From: Eledone cirrhosa
Taxonomy: Eukaryota
Assembly: GCA_964016885.1 (NCBI GenBank)
Contig: OZ024742.1
Location: forward strand, 296,608,001-296,672,000
Length of the DNA: 64,000 bases
Reading direction: 5' to 3'
The translations under genes and the position numbers were made by a program. The notes under the pieces are model-generated. The model made no database searches. It had not been told where the DNA came from and saw only the letters and a program-made list of their open reading frames with translations. Positions 1 through 14,214 of this stretch are shown here, piece by piece. The stretch's first letter is position 1; each line of letters starts with the position of its first letter.

Positions 1-347
1 TATGCATATATATATATTATGTATATATATATATGTATATGTATGTATATATATGTATATGTGTATATATAAGTATATATGTATATGTATATATATATAT
101 ATGTATATGTATATATATATGTGTATGTATGTATATATATGTGTATGTATGTATATATATGTATATGTATATACATGTATATATCTGTATATCTGTATAT
201 ATGTATGTATATGTATGCATATGTATATGCATATATATGTATATGCATATGTATATATATGTATATCTATATATATGTGTGTATATGTATATATGTATAT
301 GCATATGTATGCATATGTATATGCATATGTATATGTATATATATGTG

Positions 348-446
<99 letters not shown>

Positions 447-465
447 ATATACATACATACATACA
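1..465. repeat. Degenerate (TA)n/(TATG)n microsatellite
   Basis: Dinucleotide-type repeat; overlapping YI-rich ORFs are artefacts. Confidence 0.97.
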
Positions 466-698
466 ATGATCTCCAATGCAGATTTTCCATGCTGGCAATA
501 TTTTACAGCTGGATGCCCTTCATGGTGCCAACCATCTTAGTTACTTCTTATGACACACAAGGATATGGTGTACTATTCTAAATTGGATACACACAGACAT
601 TCCAAATTAAAAAAATATTACAATAAAATTCATTAGAGTGTAAAAATGATTTTTGAAAAGGTTATTTTTTCTTATCTAAAGACTAGAAGAAATAATAA

Positions 699-840
<142 letters not shown>

Positions 841-1408
841 TTTTTTTTGTTTGGAAGTTGATATAGAATTTGGTGATAATCCATTCCATGGAACACCATT
901 CTTCAAATAGCTCTCCAGAGTACAAACATTACAGAATGAAAGGTGCCAGATCAAAGAGATCAAAGCCTGATATATTGAAATCTAATGATAATCTCTGTTG
1001 GTTATTCAGGGTTGTAGTAAACAAAATTGCTTTTGTGAATCCTACGAATACATTATATTGTTGCCAGGAAAGCTGAAAAATAGTTTTTAAATATATACTG
1101 TGATAAAAATAACATATCATTATAACACTTCAGTAATTCAGTTAAATTTATCCAAGTGATATATATTATACCTATTTGGCAATATACATATGTGTCTGTA
1201 TGTCTGTGTGTGTCTGTGTGTGTGTGTATGAGTGTGTAATGTATTTGGAGTATCAGTTGTTTAGTCACAAATCAATCTTGGTTGGGTAGACATATAATTA
1301 ATTCTTTTTTTTTTTCTTATTATAAATTTATCCTTATTTTAGACAGTAAGGCTGAATGATATGAGGGAGGTTTGTAGCTATTTCTACTGATTGAAAGACC
1401 ACCATGAA

Positions 1409-1691
1409 CAGGGTTGAATTTAGACCTTGGGAAGCCACTCATACACAAAAGTTAGAATACACAGCAAAACCCCAATTTTACATATCAATGTTAGCTTGAG
1501 GCAAGTAATTGGAATTGAAAAGTTATACATACAGGTATTAAATTCAAAACTTCTAACCATCCCTAAACTAAAATGCCAAGCTGAGGGCACAAATACATTG
1601 CTACAGCCATTGCTGGTGCAGCCCATGACTGCATGGGGCCTGGGGCAATTGCTCTCTTTGCCCCCCCCCCCCCCCATTAAATCTGGCCCAG
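1409..1691. mobile_element. hAT-type MITE, copy 1 of an inverted pair
   Basis: Degenerate TIRs cagggttgaattta...taaatctggcccag; possible 8-bp TSD accatgaa/atcaagaa (6/8); body is the reverse complement of ~1746-1990. Confidence 0.65.
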
Positions 1692-1742
1692 ATCAAGAAG
1701 CTTCCTACCATGGCTTGACATGTAATCAGTTTATTTACTTCA

Positions 1743-2063
1743 TGGTACTGGATTTAATGGGGTGCAAAAAGAGGCAATTGCCCTGGGCACCATGCAGAGG
1801 AGGTGGTACCAGCAACGGTCGTAGCAATTTATTTGTGCCTTCAGCTGGGCTTTTTAATTTTAGGATGGTTAGAATTTTTGAATTTAATACCTGTATGTAT
1901 AACTTTTCAATTCCAATTACTTGCAGCAAGCTAACTTTGTTAAATAAAATTGGGGGTTTGCTGTGTACTCTAATTTTTTGTGTATGAGAACACCCACCCA
2001 CCCCACACCACCACCACAAAATTTGAAGTGCCCCGGACCCATCAAGGTTTAAATCTAACCTTG
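1743..2063. mobile_element. hAT-type MITE, copy 2 (opposite orientation)
   Basis: Ends ctggatttaa...taaatctaaccttg; ~250 bp inverted homology to 1437-1687. Confidence 0.65.
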
Positions 2064-3102
2064 ACTGGATTTGAAATATAAAAGTTCTAGCTTCAAATAA
2101 CATTAAGGGTAACTATTCTGCCCATATTTTAACAACTGATGATAAAAATGTATATGGCAAATTGGCAACATGCTTACCATTAATTTTAGGCAATGATGTA
2201 GGTGGTGAAGTGGTAGAATTGTTAGAACAGCATTTTGTCAGGCTGTCAGCACTCTGAGTTCAAATACTGTCTAGCTCAACTTTGCTGTTCATTCTTTTGG
2301 GTCAAGAATATAAAGAACTGGCCAGGAGAGTGGATTGGTGGAATTACTAGAACATTGGAAAACACTTTTGATAGCATTTATTCCAGCTCTTTTCATTCAG
2401 AGCTCAAAAACTGTGAAGGTCTACTTGGGTAGTAAACATAACCCATTACCATGTTTAACTCCACCACCACCTAGCCCCTAGGTTCCATTGCAAGTATTCA
2501 TATCAATTTTGAGAACAGTTTTTCTTTTTTTCCTCCATATGTTAGACAAGTTTTTTTCAGTAAACCAGCTCTTTGCATATATCGTTCCTTTGTCATCTCC
2601 TCTGTGAGAGTATTCTTTTTAGATTAGCTTTCACCAGCACTGCTTATGTCTTTCTTGGTTTTCCTCTTCCACAAAAAAGTGAAGTGTTACCTGGTTAATA
2701 GCTATTTGTCTTTTATGTTTTTTTATAATCTTGTTCTATATACTTTTAGATGAACTTTCATTGCTGATAACACTATGATTGTTTTGGTCATTCGAGGTGT
2801 CTTATTTATATATTTATTTTAAAGTAAACAAGAATTATCACAGCCTGAATGAGAGATTCAATAACAATACAGATTAAACAACACTGGCTGAGATCAATTT
2901 CAATCTATATAATACTATGTGATCTATTGAAGCTGTACAAATTGAAGTTTCAATTGTCTTTAAACATAAACAATTTCGCTGGTGTAATGTTATCATTTAG
3001 CTATTTAGATTTCATATGTTTGTTCACTTAACAAAATATCCACTATCTTTGTAGATTCCACTCTGTAGATGCTCAGCCTGCTAGAAATAGAAACTAAAAA
3101 CT

Positions 3103-3395
3103 CCTAGTGTGCAAGAGAAAAGATTGTACTGGCATGGGCATATGATGCATATGGTTGGTGATTGCTGAGTGAAGAAGTCCTAAGAGGTCCCAGTGGAAGG
3201 AAGCCCCAGTAGCGAAAGAGCAAGAAAGACCTGGGTGAAGGTGGTAAGATCTGATCTGAAATTGTGGAAGCACACAGAAGAAACAATGAAGGATAGAGAA
3301 ACAAATGGAAGAATACTGTGCTGGAAAAGACCAATCTAACCCACGTTAACATGGAAAAGTAGTTGTAAAATCGTAATGCAGCTGATGACGATGAT
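3103..3395 (+). mobile_element. Old RTE LINE 3' remnant
   Basis: Degenerate CVQEKRLYWHGHMMHM...RKTW-like translation, followed by aacccacgttaacatggaaa and a (GAT)n-like tail. Confidence 0.55.
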
Positions 3396-3761
3396 ATATA
3401 TGTATGTATATCTTAGTTGACTGTTACTTGAGCATCCCTAAAGCCAAAAAGTTGTTCATCTAGTCATTTGTCTGTGTAGTTATGCTTTTAAATATAATAG
3501 GGAACAATGCAATCTCTACCAATATGTATTCAATTATTCTCAATTTTCATTTCAGTTAAAGTTAGTCGGCGTCAAGACGGAAACCACACATGCTTGTTTA
3601 ACAGAAGAAGAGGTGTCACTGACAATATGCATGACAGCTTACTGTTGTACAGAAACTTGCATTAACAAGAAGGCTTGCATAAAAGATAAGTTTATCTCTC
3701 TCACTGTGTGTGTGTTTATATATATACACACACACACATATACATGTATATATATATATAA

Positions 3762-3875
<114 letters not shown>

Positions 3876-4007
3876 ATGCTTTGGGAGGGTCATGTTGCCA
3901 ATAAGAAACACGCGCACCAGTTGCTTTCACTTCAATTTATTATAAATTAAATTTATAAATTTCCGGTTGGTTGGTTGGTTCCACAACCAGACGATTGTTC
4001 ATATATT

Positions 4008-4050
4008 GTCAAAGTTCTTTCGTCAATAATTCTGTGACCTCTTCAGTGAC
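4008..4050 (-). ncRNA. Minimal type I hammerhead ribozyme (PLE pLTR)
   Basis: GUCA-CUGAAGA-G-GUCA(cagaauuau)UGAC-GAAA-GAAC-UU/UGAC; stems I and II pair. Confidence 0.75.
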
Positions 4051-4169
4051 TGGGGATTCTTTTCTTTCTTTTGTGCCTCTCCTTTGTTCTGTCCTATGCC
4101 ATCTAGTTTTTCTCTGTGCTGTGTGCTTAGTTTGCGCATGTGTTACATCCGGGTGTCTGTGTGTGTTTT

Positions 4170-6394
4170 TATTTCTATGTTCTCTAATTTACCCTTATGT
4201 TCTATTTTAGCATGTTGGTGGAGTACAGATGATTCTTTACTATCTTGAAAGTCTCGCCGGTGTTCATTTATCCGTTCTCCTATACTACGAACTGTCTCAC
4301 CTATGTACACTATATTCTTCTCTCTACATTGTCCTTCAGTACATCTTATGCTATATACTACATTTCTAGTTTTACAGTTAATATGGGGGCTTAGTTTACA
4401 GATTATACATTTCTTATCTATACAGGGAGGTCTTTGAAAAGGGTATGTATTGCTAATAAGTGTTTTTATGGAGGTACCTGGTCTTTCTACTATCTTAATA
4501 TTGAGTTTATGTTTATCTAGGGCCCTTCTAAATTTGTAAGCTTATTCACCTCTAGGGGTTGTATTGATGAACATTACACTCTGGTATTTATTGCTATCAT
4601 ACCATGAGTTTATTCTATTAACCTTATTCCTAGTTCTTTCTATTCTATTCCAAAAGTTGCTCCTATATAAGGGGCAGGTCCCATTTGTATCATTATTTAC
4701 CATTTTTTCCCATTTGGTTCTGGCTCCTCTATATACTCTGATTTTATCTCTCTGATTGTAACCAGAGAACTGCATACGGTGGATGAAGTGTTGTATGTGT
4801 CTCTCTAGTTCTTTGGGGTTGCACATGCGGGACACGTTTCTCATCACCTGTACCAAATCCGCAATCAGTATGTTGATTTTGGTTTGGTCCGAAACAGCTG
4901 AGTTTCAGTAGATCAGATATTTGGAAGTCATTGGTTTGGCATAATGGGTATGGAGGATTTGTTTTTTGTTATTAATGGTTTCTAACCATAACTCTGTGTC
5001 TAGTACAGGTAATCGATGGTTGGGGTGTTTGCTTGGGTAGTCTATAGTAACTCTAATACTCTGGTGGATGGAGTTAGGTATTTGCTGGATGCTTTCCATG
5101 GTGTTTTTCTCTAATTCCTGACTGTTCTCTAGTGGGGGTGTTTTTACTACGATGTACATCAACGTAACGGGAGTACATTATCAGGGTTAAGAGGTTGCTG
5201 TCTTCTAATTGTTCTTTAAGTTTAATTTTAAGTCTTCTGTCCCACTATACCTTGAATAGGTTAGCTATGTCACCTATAATGCTAACACCAATGGCTGCTC
5301 CCTCCTTTGGGCATATGTTTTTCCATTAAATTTGAACATATGTTCCTTAAGGATTAATTTTATACTGGCCCCCACCGCATGTGCAATAATTTTCTTTAGT
5401 TCATCGTGGTTTTCGGGGTTCCGTATGGCTCTGGTCCACCCGTTCCATCTATCTGTGTGGGTTTTCTTGGCCATTGAAGTAATGGTAGGTGGTCTTCCTC
5501 TTGCTGGTCTTGTAGGGCTCAGGTTGCTAAGGTCATATGTATCTAGATAATCATTACTATAGGTAAGTTTAAGTAGGAGTCCCAGCTCACTGGTATAAAT
5601 CCCACGGAATTCAACATTGCTCTCACTGATCATTTCTACGCATTTCTCCACAGCAAAATCCACGTCAATTGATGGATATAGGGACACAACATCCATACTT
5701 CCTATTATACAGTTTGTTAGGTCCCTAGATCGGTTGCTTTCGCTGATTCTGCCGAGGAGGTCCTCCGTGCTGTCACATATATCTGGGGACATTTCAATGA
5801 TGGGGCGTATGATCAGGGAGAGGAAGTAGGAAAGTCTGTAGTTACTAGCAATGTTAGCTCCACAGACTGGCCGTGTTGGTGGTCCTGTGACAGGGTCACT
5901 GCTCGTTTTATGGTCTTTTCGAAGCCCATACAACGCTGGCACGTCATTGTTCCAGGCCTGGAAGCTGTTGGCAGTCCTTTTGTTGAGCTGCATTATGTTT
6001 GTCCACATCATCATATGGGCATTGAGGGATTTTTCCCTATCTTCATGCTCTTGTGGTGTTACTTCTCTTGTGTTAGTGATGTGGGGTTGCATTGCCTGGA
6101 TGTAGTTTGACAGACTGTCAACCGACATTCTGCCAGACTTGTCTGCTGGAAAGCATGCAATCTCTCCATTACGCGAGCGCTGCATGAGCTTACGCAAGCC
6201 ATTTGCAGCTTTTTCTCCCAGTTGCTGGGGTCCATTCTATTTTGCTTCTTGCTATACTGTTCTATAATATTTCTAAGTTTAGATCTAGCTATACTAAATT
6301 GTGCTTCTGTTTGTTCATCAACCTGCGACGGCAATTGCCTGCGTTTGTTAAAAGCTAAAGTCATGGCGTAGACTCGTCGTAGGTCGAAGGACAT
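4170..6394 (-). pseudogene. PLE polyprotein pseudogene (reverse transcriptase, thumb, GIY-YIG)
   Basis: Frameshifted ORF pieces 6059-6394, 5274-6197, 4905-5162, 4542-4856 plus EN frame; catalytic YVDD damaged; EN C-terminus truncated. Confidence 0.9.
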
Positions 6395-6660
6395 ATCGGA
6401 AGGATTATAAAAAGTAGAGTTCCAGGCTGCTGCTTTATGTGTACTATTGCTATTGTTATTGTTAGTTGTGTTGTTTCTATTTCTATTTCCACCAACAGCC
6501 TCATGGTTGTTTCTATTTCTCTCATTATTACTCCTGTCTCTTTCCTCTAGCTCATTGTTATTATCTACTCTATTTTGTGTGTCTGTGTGTTCGTCCTGGT
6601 TATTTTCTCTGTCAGTATCGATGGTCTCCCTTCTCCTTTCAACAAAGAAAAGAATCCCCA

Positions 6661-6703
6661 GTCACTGAAGAGGTCACAGAATGTGTGACGAAAGAACTTT
6701 GAC
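6661..6703 (+). ncRNA. Minimal type I hammerhead ribozyme (inverted pLTR copy)
   Basis: GUCA-CUGAAGA-G-GUCAC(agaaugu)GUGAC-GAAA-GAAC-UU/UGAC. Confidence 0.78.
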
Positions 6704-6936
6704 AATATATGAACAATCGTCTGGTTGTGGAACCAACCAACCAACCGGAAATTTATAAATTCTTAAATTTATAAATTTAATTTATAATAAATTGAAGTGA
6801 AAGTAACTGGTGCGTGTGTTTCTTATTGGCAACATGACCCCCCCCCCCCCAAGCATAACAATATCGGTTTCAACACACGTTTTCAGATAAAGAATCTTGC
6901 TAAAGGAATTCAGAAACGAAATATATATATATATAT

Positions 6937-7120
6937 GTTATTCCGGGTTGAAACGGAGGTAACCACAGTAAGTAAGGTACTCAATACATAGCAGAGTATA
7001 ACAGTTTTAATACAGATGAGATTCTACAGGACTAGAACTGTTTCATTCTTTAGAAATTCCTGATGATTTCTAAAGAATGAAACAGTTCTAGTCCTGTAGA
7101 ATCTCATCTATATTAAAACT
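6937..7120. mobile_element. Fold-back PLE terminal remnant (55-bp-arm palindrome with HHR-like core)
   Basis: 7003-7057 pairs with 7066-7120 (1 mismatch); ctgatga-tttctaaagaat-gaaacagtt spans the loop and right arm; (TA)n on both sides. Confidence 0.65.
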
Positions 7121-7639
7121 ATATATATATATATATATCATTGTCATCATAATTATTGTTGTTTTAACGTCCACTTCCCCTGCTAGCAAGGGATATATAC
7201 ATATATCCCCTTTCAGAAGATGGGACTTAATTCCTGTACTTTATAAATGGTAGAATGATTACTTGAGAATACACAGCTATTGTCATTTATAATGATTGGA
7301 TGATAATACTACATCTGTGGCTATACTGTTAGATAATGATCATATATTAAAATTTGTTCTTCAGTGTGAATTAACTGATAATGACAACAGTTATTTATCA
7401 ATTGCTGGGGAAGACATGATTATACCAAACTTTTACAACTAATTTCTAATTGATCCAATTCTGTTACTCTGAAAGGTGGAAGATCCCATGCTGACAAATT
7501 AATGGCTGATCTCTGATAGGTTTATAGCCTCTGAACCTTCTCCATACTTACTATGACTGGAATCATCATTATCAGCGTTATTATTGTATGTCCAATCCAC
7601 CATGGTAGTATCAGCAGAGCTCCGGAGACTATGCTTCAT

Positions 7640-7810
7640 GGCATAGAGTTATGTCTCTTTATGTTCTGAGTTCAAATAATGCTGCAGTTAGCTATGCCTT
7701 TCATCCTTACAGGGTCGATAAAATAAAGTACCAGTCATGCACTGAGGTCAATTTAATCAACTTTACTCCTCTCCAAAAATTGCTGGCCTTGTGCCTAAAT
7801 AAGAAACCAT
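7640..7810 (+). mobile_element. SINE family B (degenerate copy)
   Basis: gagttcaaat B-box, gcctttcatcctt..ggtcgataaaataaagtaccag domain, gctggccttgtgccta tail. Confidence 0.75.
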
Positions 7811-8941
7811 TTCATAGTCCAAGACTAGATGAATCAGGAAGGCTTTGTTGTTGCTCATACATTCTCTATTTGACATAGTTTCTACAGCTGGATGCTCTTT
7901 CTAATATAGGAAGTCATTGGTGATAGTTGCTTTTAGCCAATAGAAATCTATTATGGGTGGCCACTGTGTTACCCTCACTTTGGCCAATCTTTTGCCACAG
8001 TAAGATGGAACAGGGATTACTTCTTTGCACCTTCAAATTATGAGTGATAGTGACTTCACCTCCTCCATAGTAGGAAATCTAACTGAATTGTAGCATATCT
8101 TTTCCCTCAGTGATGTGTGTTTTGGGCTCCTACACATGCCCAAATGCTTTTTGAATGCTAGATTCGGAGGCACATGCCACCTACCACAACTTAGTGCCAA
8201 GGGTTCTATATGTAACAATGAGGAGATGTGTCTCTGCAATTATATTATTGTGAGGTTTAGTTGTTGACACTGTGGCCATTCTTTTTCACTATAGTGCTGG
8301 TTTCTTTTATCAGGTTTTCATTGTATGTTATGCTTTCTAACTTTTGGGCAGTGCCTACAAATGACATGTTTTTTGTCTGGGTTACTTGTTTGATTAGATC
8401 GTTTGCTAAGTAGCTGGCCAGTTACATAAATTGGAGTTTGGTTCATTATCTGACTGGCTGGCTTGCTGGCTTGTTAGCTTGCTTGTTGGCTGGTTGACTA
8501 ACTGGCTTACTGATCAATTGCTATTTTGGTTTGCTGGCCTGCTGGTTGTTATACTTGGCTGGCTATCAAGCAGTGAAGAGAAATCGTTCTCCAAGAAATT
8601 TTCAGTGTTGGTGATGGTGGTAGTAACATTGGTATTATTTTGGCTGTTATCAACAAAATATAGCATGCTTTTTTTGGAGCAGCTTTTTGCTCTTGCTGTT
8701 ATAGCACGTGGATGTGGATGGGTTGTTTGCTTCCATTTTTTAAAAAAGAATTTTAGGGGCCTAATATAATTACAATATTTGGGCCCATGGCCCAAATATT
8801 GTGGGGTTGCATTTTCTGAGGGCAATGTAATGCAGTTTATAATAAAAATAGAGGAATGTTATACAAACAAGTGAAAATCAACAAAACTTACAGAACAAAA
8901 GTAAGTGTAATGAATACTTGAGAAATCAAAAGTAATAATGA

Positions 8942-9064
8942 TTTACACTTTAGGCACAAGGCCGGCAATTTTGGGGGAGGGGAAGTTGATTAAATCGATC
9001 CTAGTGCATTACTGGTGCTTTATTTTATCGACCTCATAAGGATGCAAGGCAAAGGTGACCTTGG
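8942..9064 (-). mobile_element. SINE family B fragment
   Basis: ttaggcacaaggcc...gcattactggtgctttattttatcgacc...aggcaaag. Confidence 0.75.
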
Positions 9065-10387
9065 TCAACTTGTCTACTAGATGCTAGTAGCAATAACAAT
9101 AGGTTGAAATTAGCTGAATAGCTACAGAATACAGCACACACAAAGACAAACACAACAACAGCCCGTTGTTATGACTACAAAATTTAACGGAGACAAAACC
9201 TAAAAAGAGCAACAACAACATCAACACTCACTACTCTGTCATCATCAATGCCTCTACTCTATCACAGCCAACACCATTACTCCACTACTCCAGCACACAC
9301 AAAAAAAATAAATAAAAGTGCACAGAAACTGTTACTACTACTACTACCACTACCGATACTGTCAAATAATAATAATGGTACAGAGTATTGAGTTCTGGAT
9401 TGGTATCCAGTGCAGAATAGCTCACCCCAATTTTAAGGTCTAAGGGCACCTTTGAGTTGTTTAAAACACCCTCAAGAGATGGTGTCACAAAAAAAAAATA
9501 TTGGTGGTTGTGGCACCTTATCAACACTAACCTCATTTTGAGTGAAATGGAAAAACAATTGAATAGAAATAATGGTGTGAATGATGTGAGAGACAGTAAT
9601 GCTGCTCAACAGTTGTCCTGTGGGTGAGCAGCCTGGGCCCACATGCCATCCAACTGCTACCAGAAAATGATGAAAAATCTAATTTTTTGTGTGTACTTAT
9701 TTGCATGTCTTTCTGTTATCAGCAAGTATAAGTAAAGTATTTATGTATTAAAATAAAAAAACCACAAAATCAAATATGTCATTGCATGTTTGTATTGTTC
9801 TGTTATCATGACGGACATTTTGTCTTTTAATTATAAACAATCCATTACACTGTGTACTCCTAGACTTGTGTCTATGTAGTATCTGAGAGTTGATGAAAAA
9901 TAAATATTTTATTAAAAAATCAGTACAATTTTGAATCTCACCAGTGATTCCACATTGCTTCAATCATATCTGGTTGATACCTTATCCTAGATTAAGTTGG
10001 TAAGTCACCATTTAATTGTTATATCATTTTAAATAAACCACATGATGAAATATGTTGGTGCGAGTTCATATCATTTGCAAATCAAAATAGTAGATTTTCC
10101 TATTCATACATTTGTCGTGGAAGATAGACGTTAAACGATGATGGTGATGGTGATGATGTATATATTGATAGATACATTATGAACATATGCAAACACACAT
10201 ACTTTCACTAGTAGAAACCCACCCAGAGGACGTTATTTCTGTGAGTGTATATATATATATATAATATAGAGATATATGTATGTGTGTATGTGTACAGAGA
10301 GAGACAGAAGGAGACTGAGAGAGAGATAGGTGGTAGGGGATGAGATGTGATAGGTGGAGAGACAGACACCAACAGAGACATCCTGAC

Positions 10388-10465
10388 CTGAAGGAAAGCT
10401 TTGTATCTCATCCGCTTATTTCTGCCGAATAAACAATTTAATGCCAAGTCAAGTGAAACCATTGT
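10388..10465 (-). CDS. Candidate 78-nt internal exon (TMVSLDLALNCLFGRNKRMRYKAFLQ), gene unknown
   Basis: Strong acceptor ttcttcattctttcacag, donor CAG/gtcagg, open in phase 0; no recognised homology. Confidence 0.3.
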
Positions 10466-11816
10466 CTGTGAAAGAATGAAGAATTAACCTTTAAATATTA
10501 CAGTTGATTAACTTAACTGTAATAATATATATTACTGATACTGAGTACAGAATAGTAAATTGTAAAAATATGACTGTGGAAGGATTAAGATAAAAGTTAC
10601 ATCATGAGGGGATTTAACACAAACTTAAGACAATTCTTTTGTACTATATAATACAATGCATCTAGTCATACTATATATTTATGCATATATATACGTATAT
10701 ATGCATATATATATATATGGATTGCTGGAAATTTTCTTCCTTGTTGAAAATCCAAAATCTCCACTTCCGTGGTTTACCATCTGATTAATTGATGAAATAT
10801 ATTTCTTTAATGGAATATATACAGGGAAGATTAATCATATTATAAGGTATCTATTTTTGAAGTTCTAGTCAACTTTATTTAGTTACCTACCTAGCTATGT
10901 GTGGTTACACACTTGTAAAAATTATCTCCTGTGATTATTCATGTTTATATATATGTTAATCAATTTCTAGTTATTATAAAATGCTCGGACCTACTCGATA
11001 GAATCTTGGAGCTTATTTTCCGGGTGATATGGCGCATGCCTTTCTGGCATGACACCCATAATTTTGATTTAGATTAAATTCATTTAATTTATCTTAATTT
11101 TGGATATATATACATTTGGTCTCATTCCATCAGAATATCTTAGTCAACCCACAAAATTTTCAGCCAAACTATAAATAATGTGCCAGTTTTTTCTTCTTCT
11201 TCTTCTTCTTCTTCTTCTTCTTCTTCTTGTGACAGTTAGAAATTAGGCAGTTTGGTGAACCACATCTTGCTCATGCATTCCATTTCAATTCACAACTTGG
11301 CTGCTATTTCTGGCAAGGGAAGCAATCACTACATAGAGAATTCAGTGTTGGATCGTCATATTCATGTAATTTGTTACTGTTGTATAAAAAAAAAAGGAAT
11401 TACACATCCACAGGGATCCCCTCTAAGATCTGAATTATAAGGACTGGTGTGTTTATTAGTGAATTTAAAGAGTGGTTAGTAATTACTGTGGTTAATTACT
11501 GAGGTTAATTTCTATGGTTAATTACTATGATTAACTTGTTTGATCAGATGGAAAATTGGACTCATGTAGTCAATCTAGTTAATGTGTTAATCATCATCAT
11601 CCTCATTTAACATCCATTTTCCCTGCTAGCAAGGGTTGGTGGTGTCATTATAGACAAAGTCAGTACTTATGTGAACCTTCTAACAATTTGGTCAATGGAT
11701 CACATCTCACTCATTCCCACACTTCAATAAATACACTAGGTGCATCTTATCTAGGGACCCTCTCTGACATGCTGGGGAGGGGGGTTCCTATCTCATTTAT
11801 ATATATTCCCACAAGT

Positions 11817-12156
11817 GGAGGCACATGGCTTAGTGGTTAGAGCATTGGCCTTGCAATCAAAAGGTTGTAAGTTCAATTCTCAGACCGGGTAATGTGTTGT
11901 TTCCTTGAGCAAGACACTTTATTTCACATTGCTCCAGTTTACTCAGCTGTAGAAATGAGATGATAGGGACTGGAGTCCCTATCATTCCACTGCAAAGTGA
12001 TCGTGTAGGTGCCACGGCAAAACCCACCCAGCACTCACTGTAAATGAGGTTGGTGTTAGGAAGGGCATCCAGCTGTAGAAATCAAGCCAGAATCAGTTCC
12101 CGTCCCACCCTTGCAAGCAGGGAAAAGTGGACGTAATATGATGATGATGATGATGA
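11817..12156 (+). mobile_element. Full-length tRNA-derived SINE family A (CORE-like centre, RTE-type tail)
   Basis: A box tggcttagtgg, B box gttcaattc, ccttgagcaagacacttta, 3' tail shared with RTE LINE, (GAT)n end; near-identical to 44975-45306. Confidence 0.9.
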
Positions 12157-13672
12157 AGTGGCACCAGCACTGCCACTTTACAGAGTGTACAGGATGCAAA
12201 ATAATCATTGAAATTAAATAACACATATATATTCGTTCTACTGTTTATTCAGGGAAGGCAGCACCCATCAATCTTATTTTTCGGGGCTTTTGAGACGATT
12301 TACAAAAAGGGGAAGGGAAGTATCCAAATGCTTACAAACTTGACTCTGCTAAATTACCCAAGGTGTTAAACTGTGCAACAAATTAAGTTTACCACCCAAG
12401 AATATAGAATGTGAAAATTGATAACAAATACCACAAGCTATCTTGTCTAAAGCTTAATCAATTGCAACAGTCCACCATCCTGGACTGTTACTTTATTTTA
12501 CCTAACTCAAAAGGACGAAAGGGATAGTTGACCTCAGCAAGATTTAAACTCCAAGTGTAGCAAGCATGAACAAATAATACAAGGAATTTTATTCTATACT
12601 CTAAGAACTCTGCCAATTCTCCACATTTAGAAATATAATTGTATCCCTTATGGTATTGTGGAAGATATATATTTAAGCATCTATGTGAAGCAGATTTGAT
12701 TTTTAAATGGTACAAAAACATTGAGCAACAATTTATGATTTAACAGAAGAGAAGAAAAAAAAAAGCTGACAGCGTTTTATATAATTAGAACAGAACTTAA
12801 AGGTACCTCGACTACAAGAATATTTCTGATAACATATTTCTACATAGTATTTTTCATTATTGAATTCTATGAAGTGTTTAAAAGAATTGACAGCAAATTG
12901 GAAAAGTCATTGTTAAAACAGCACATTCTGGCTTTCTGCACTCTGAGTTCAAATCCTGCTAATAACAGTTTTGTTTTAAATGATTTCAGGATTGATAAAT
13001 AAAATACCAATCGAGGGTGATAGATTGATAGAACTGTTAGATCATTGGACGAGTTGCCTATCAGGTGTTTTTTTCTAGCCCTTTGCATTCTGGGTTCAAA
13101 TTTGGTATAGTTATCAATGGCTAGGGCTAATCATCCGACCAGAGGAATACTTTACCGAACCTGTATTTGGCTAGTGTAGACAGCAAGTCCTAGAAATAAC
13201 ATAGTTGACGAGGATTCAGCCAGCAGCAAATAAAGTTTAAATGAATTTTAAAATTAATTTTTTCTGATATCACAATAAAGTATACTTAAATAAATATTGA
13301 TACCAAGATTATAAGAAGATTAAAATCTTTCTGATTAAATTCTAATTGAACATAAACTTTAGTATATTTTATAATAAAGTAAAGGCATATAATCAAGTAG
13401 AATGTTGGATTCACACTCATACGTTTATGGTTTTGATTCCCAGACTGGATAATACATTTGAGCAAGGCACTTTTTTCACTCAGCTGATAATGAGTACCAG
13501 CAACAGTATGGAGTTAGCCTTGAGCCAAACTTGAGTCTTATCCAGAGGAGATTCTTATATTCTCAGCCATTTACTGCCTCTCAGAGCTTGGATGATCTCC
13601 AGCCTACATCCAACCCATGCAAGCATGAATATCCCTTCCACCCCCCCAAAAAATAAAATAAATAAATAAAAA

Positions 13673-13703
<31 letters not shown>

Positions 13704-14059
13704 AACAGATGCATAAACAATGACTGTTACATTTTACAATGAAGTTTAGTTTTCCGAAGAATCTTAACAATTCACTTCTGTAATAAACAAACTGAAGCCT
13801 CAGAAGCAAAATTCTGAAAGAACCATTTCGAAACCATAGAAACAAAATTACAAAATGTTTTTATTCTTCAGTGACTTTTTTTTATTGCATTTTGACATAA
13901 AATCTTCTCTTGCAATGAATAACAGCATTTCTCCTTGAAACTAAACATAACTCTCAGATTTTCTCTTCATAGGTTTTGGGGAGTAGGAAAGATACATCAG
14001 CATGTATGAAAGTATATAGCCTTTGCTAGCTAGGAAAATGAACCTTAAGTATATATATA

Positions 14060-14214
14060 TAACAAAGAAAACAGAGGGTATGGTAAAATACCAGGTGGAC
14101 CAGAATGCACCAGAGTAGTCAATACTTAGGGTAGTAGATTGGGTAATAAGAAAAGAGTCAGGACCCCGATGGCTGAGCTCTGGCCGTTTCGACAGCTAGA
14201 TTTGAAAAGAGTCA
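14060..14214 (-). mobile_element. Solo PLE pLTR fragment related to the element at 42761-44577
   Basis: Reverse complement aligns with 44436-44570 (agctgtcgaaacggc...ctactaccctaagtattga...ggtccacctgg); (TA)n on both sides. Confidence 0.8.

Noticed and set aside
1420-2103. ORFs of 85-186 aa on both strands with similar peptides
   Set aside because: Result of the inverted MITE pair; no protein features
11817-11890. tRNA-like sequence with A/B boxes
   Set aside because: SINE head in three copies; no proper acceptor stem, so not a tRNA gene
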